A stretch of 55,271 nucleotides of DNA, from the NCBI GenBank assembly GCA_944363555.1, contig CALVUL010000020.1, positions 1-55,271 of the forward strand. The letters are read 5' to 3'. The stretch is from an uncultured Clostridia bacterium (lineage in GTDB: Bacteria; Bacillota; Clostridia; Christensenellales; Borkfalkiaceae). The notes beneath the pieces are model-generated. The model made no database searches. It saw only the letters and a program-made list of their open reading frames with translations, and was not told the origin of the DNA. The first letter of the stretch is position 1. Each line of letters begins with the position of its first letter. Both the position numbers and the translations under genes were made by a program. Below, piece after piece: positions 53,088 through 55,271 of this stretch.

Positions 53088-54231
53088 TCACCTTCAAAGC
53101 GTACGTGTCGGGGCGGGCGGGGTCGAAACATTCGTTGCTCCACATGAAGGTAACGAGATCGACGTCGCCGAGGTTTTCGATGTTGTGGGTGTATCCGGTG
53201 GGGATATCCACCACTTCCGGCTTGTCGCCGGAAACGTAATACTCCGTGATCTTATCGGAAAAGATATTGCGGAAACGCACCACGCCCTTGCCGCTCACCA
53301 CCAGAAATTTTTCGTTTTTGGTATGATGCCAGTGTTCGCCCTTCCTGACCCCGGGCTTTGTTACGTTGACGGAGAACTGCCCCGCGCCCTTCGTGCGCAA
53401 AATCTCGGTAAAACTGCCGCGCTCGTCCGCATGCACGGCAAGGGGGTAGGCAAATTCGCCTTCCGGAATATAACTCGTGTAGGTCGCGTGCAGTTTTTTC
53501 ACGAAGGGATCGGAAAGATCGGGCACCAGCCCCGTTTCCCGCGAGGCTTTGAAGGACATGATCAGATCGGCGATCTTCCCCAGCGTTACGCGGTATTCCT
53601 TATGCACGAACACATAGCCGCTCTCCTCCTCGCCGTCCGCGGCGATGAGTTCGATGATCGCCCGAACGATGTCGTCGATATACACGAGGGTGAGTTCGGT
53701 GTTTCTGTCGTTCACGCGGATATCCAGCCCCCGCGCGACATTGTTGCAGAACGTAGCCACCACACTGTTGTAATTAGGGCGGCACCACTTGCCGAACAGG
53801 TTGGGAAAACGGTACACGTACACCTTTACGCCCTGTTCCTCCCCGTATTGAAAGAGCCGCTCCTCCCCCGCCTTTTTGCTTTTGCCGTAGTCGTTGTCGA
53901 GTTCCGCCTGAATGGAAGAACTCATCGCCACGGGCGCTTTGTTGTTGTGCTTGGCGAGCAGATCCAGCAACTCGTCCGTAAACCCGAAATTGCCCTTCAT
54001 GAACTCCGCGGGATCCTGCGGGCGGTTGATGCCGGCGAGATGCACCACGAAATCGCATTCGCGGCAGTATGTATCGAGCAGCGATTTGTCGCTGTCCACA
54101 TCGTATAAAAACAATTCGAGATCGGGCGAAAGGGAAAAACTTTTGTCCTTGCCCTCCTTCACCGCGTTTAAAGTTGCCGTAAGATTTTTTCCGACGAATC
54201 CGTTCGCCCCCGTGATCAGTATCTTCTTCAT
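53074..54231 (-). CDS. fnlB: CapF/FnlB-type reductase (SDR domain plus C-terminal cupin)
   Basis: 385 aa with ILITGANGFVGKNL, and a C-terminal cupin-like segment (GEHWHHTKNEKFLVVSG). Confidence 0.8.
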   Translation of the reverse strand: MKKILITGANGFVGKNLTATLNAVKEGKDKSFSLSPDLELFLYDVDSDKSLLDTYCRECDFVVHLAGINRPQDPAEFMKGNFGFTDELLDLLAKHNNKAPVAMSSSIQAELDNDYGKSKKAGEERLFQYGEEQGVKVYVYRFPNLFGKWCRPNYNSVVATFCNNVARGLDIRVNDRNTELTLVYIDDIVRAIIELIAADGEEESGYVFVHKEYRVTLGKIADLIMSFKASRETGLVPDLSDPFVKKLHATYTSYIPEGEFAYPLAVHADERGSFTEILRTKGAGQFSVNVTKPGVRKGEHWHHTKNEKFLVVSGKGVVRFRNIFSDKITEYYVSGDKPEVVDIPTGYTHNIENLGDVDLVTFMWSNECFDPARPDTYALKVNENE

Positions 54232-55271
54232 AACGTCCCCTTTTTGCCGAGCGCTTCTTTGATATAATCGAGTTTCAGCAGTTTTTCCTTGACTTCTTCC
54301 ACCGTGAGTTGTTCGGTGTTGCTCGAATTGAATTCCGAAAGCGTGTTGCGTTCGGGATTGCCCTGTTTGAAATATTTATCGTAGTTGAGCCCGCGTTTGT
54401 CGCAGGGCACGCGGTAGAAATCGCCCATGTCGACGGCGTGCGCGCATTCCTCGTTGGTCAAAAGCGTTTCGTACATCTTTTCGCCGTGGCGGATGCCGAT
54501 GACTTTGACGGAATTCTTATCCCCGCCGAAAAGTTCGCACACCGCCTCTACCTGCGTTTGAATGGTGCACGCGGGCGCCTTCTGCACCAAAATATCGCCC
54601 GATACGCCGTGTTCGAAGGCGAAAAGCACCAGATCGACCGCCTCTTCCAAAGACATGATGAACCGCGTCATTTCCGGCTCGGTAACGGTGATGGGCTCGT
54701 GCGCGCGGATCTGTTCGATCCACAGCGGAATGACCGACCCGCGGGAACACATCACGTTGCCGTAACGGGTGCAGCAGATCTTGGTTTTCGCGGGATCCAC
54801 CGTGCGGGATTTCGCCACGATGACCTTTTCCATCATCGCCTTGCTCGTGCCCATGGCGTTTACGGGATAAGCCGCTTTATCGGTGGAAAGGCAGATGACC
54901 GTTTTCACGCCGGCGTTGATCGCGGCGGTGAGCACGTTATCGGTGCCGAGCACGTTGGTCTTTACCGCTTCGAGCGGGAAAAATTCGCAGGAAGGGACCT
55001 GTTTCAACGCGGCGGCGTGGAAGACGTAATCGACGCCGATCATCGCCGACGATACGGAATCGAGGCTGCGCACGTCCCCGATATAAAATTTAAGTTTTTC
55101 CGCGAAATCGGGGTGTTTCGCCTGAAACTCGTGGCGCATATCGTCCTGCTTTTTCTCGTCGCGCGAGAAAATGCGGATCTCCCCGATGTCCGTGGACATG
55201 AACCTTTTGAGAACGGCATTGCCGAAACTGCCCGTCCCCCCCGTGATCAACAGTGTTTTTCCTTTGAACAT
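54228..55271 (-). CDS. fnlA: UDP-GlcNAc 4,6-dehydratase/5-epimerase (CapE/FnlA-type)
   Basis: 347 aa. MFKGKTLLITGGTGSFGNAVLKRF...IRIFSRDEKKQDDMRHEF is typical of FnlA/CapE. The ATG is the last codon of the window, so the upstream region is not visible. Confidence 0.88.
   Translation of the reverse strand: MFKGKTLLITGGTGSFGNAVLKRFMSTDIGEIRIFSRDEKKQDDMRHEFQAKHPDFAEKLKFYIGDVRSLDSVSSAMIGVDYVFHAAALKQVPSCEFFPLEAVKTNVLGTDNVLTAAINAGVKTVICLSTDKAAYPVNAMGTSKAMMEKVIVAKSRTVDPAKTKICCTRYGNVMCSRGSVIPLWIEQIRAHEPITVTEPEMTRFIMSLEEAVDLVLFAFEHGVSGDILVQKAPACTIQTQVEAVCELFGGDKNSVKVIGIRHGEKMYETLLTNEECAHAVDMGDFYRVPCDKRGLNYDKYFKQGNPERNTLSEFNSSNTEQLTVEEVKEKLLKLDYIKEALGKKGTL

Overview
This is a 55.3-kb chromosomal window from a high-GC, Clostridia-like Firmicute. 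That placement rests on SD-dependent genes, LAGC-type lipoboxes and the conserved rpsB-tsf-pyrH-frr-uppS-cdsA-dxr-rseP gene order. I call about 48 protein genes, mostly on the minus strand, plus one FMN riboswitch. I found no rRNA, tRNA, CRISPR array, transposase or integrase.

Layout:
- 0.1-14.9 kb: housekeeping genes (MFS transporter, gdhA, acyltransferase, the rseP-to-rpsB block, a P-type Ca-ATPase, a small BFD-like ferredoxin).
- 15.0-32.4 kb: one 17-kb minus-strand glycan-utilisation operon. It runs AraC, then an LplABC-type ABC importer, then a DUF4091/GH123-like lipoprotein, then three secreted or lipoproteins built from a repeated CBM-like module. A cytoplasmic DUF4091 paralog and a GH36 alpha-galactosidase close the operon.
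- 32.7-36.4 kb: a BNR/sialidase-like gene coupled to a PnuC-family transporter, a divergent AraC regulator, and a truncated gene remnant.
- 36.6-46.0 kb: icd, ddl, murF, tsaE-tsaB-rimI, FMN-riboswitch-ribU, and nadD/yqeK-rsfS.
- 46.1-55.3 kb: a third AraC unit and the 3' end of a polysaccharide operon (fnlA-fnlB-fnlC, a LicC-like/CobD-like fusion, and an ornithine-cyclodeaminase-family enzyme).

Most noteworthy observations:
- An unannotated 42-codon ORF with a consensus SD, translationally coupled to a secreted protein inside the glycan locus.
- An eight-copy CBM-like module family spread over four adjacent surface proteins.
- The nucleotidyltransferase/PLP-enzyme fusion plus OCD enzyme at the tail of the L-FucNAc operon.
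- A MurF whose N-terminal domain is replaced by a polytopic membrane domain.
- Three consensus promoters placed exactly for leaderless translation.

All family assignments come from motif recognition by eye. No BLAST, HMM or folding tools were run.
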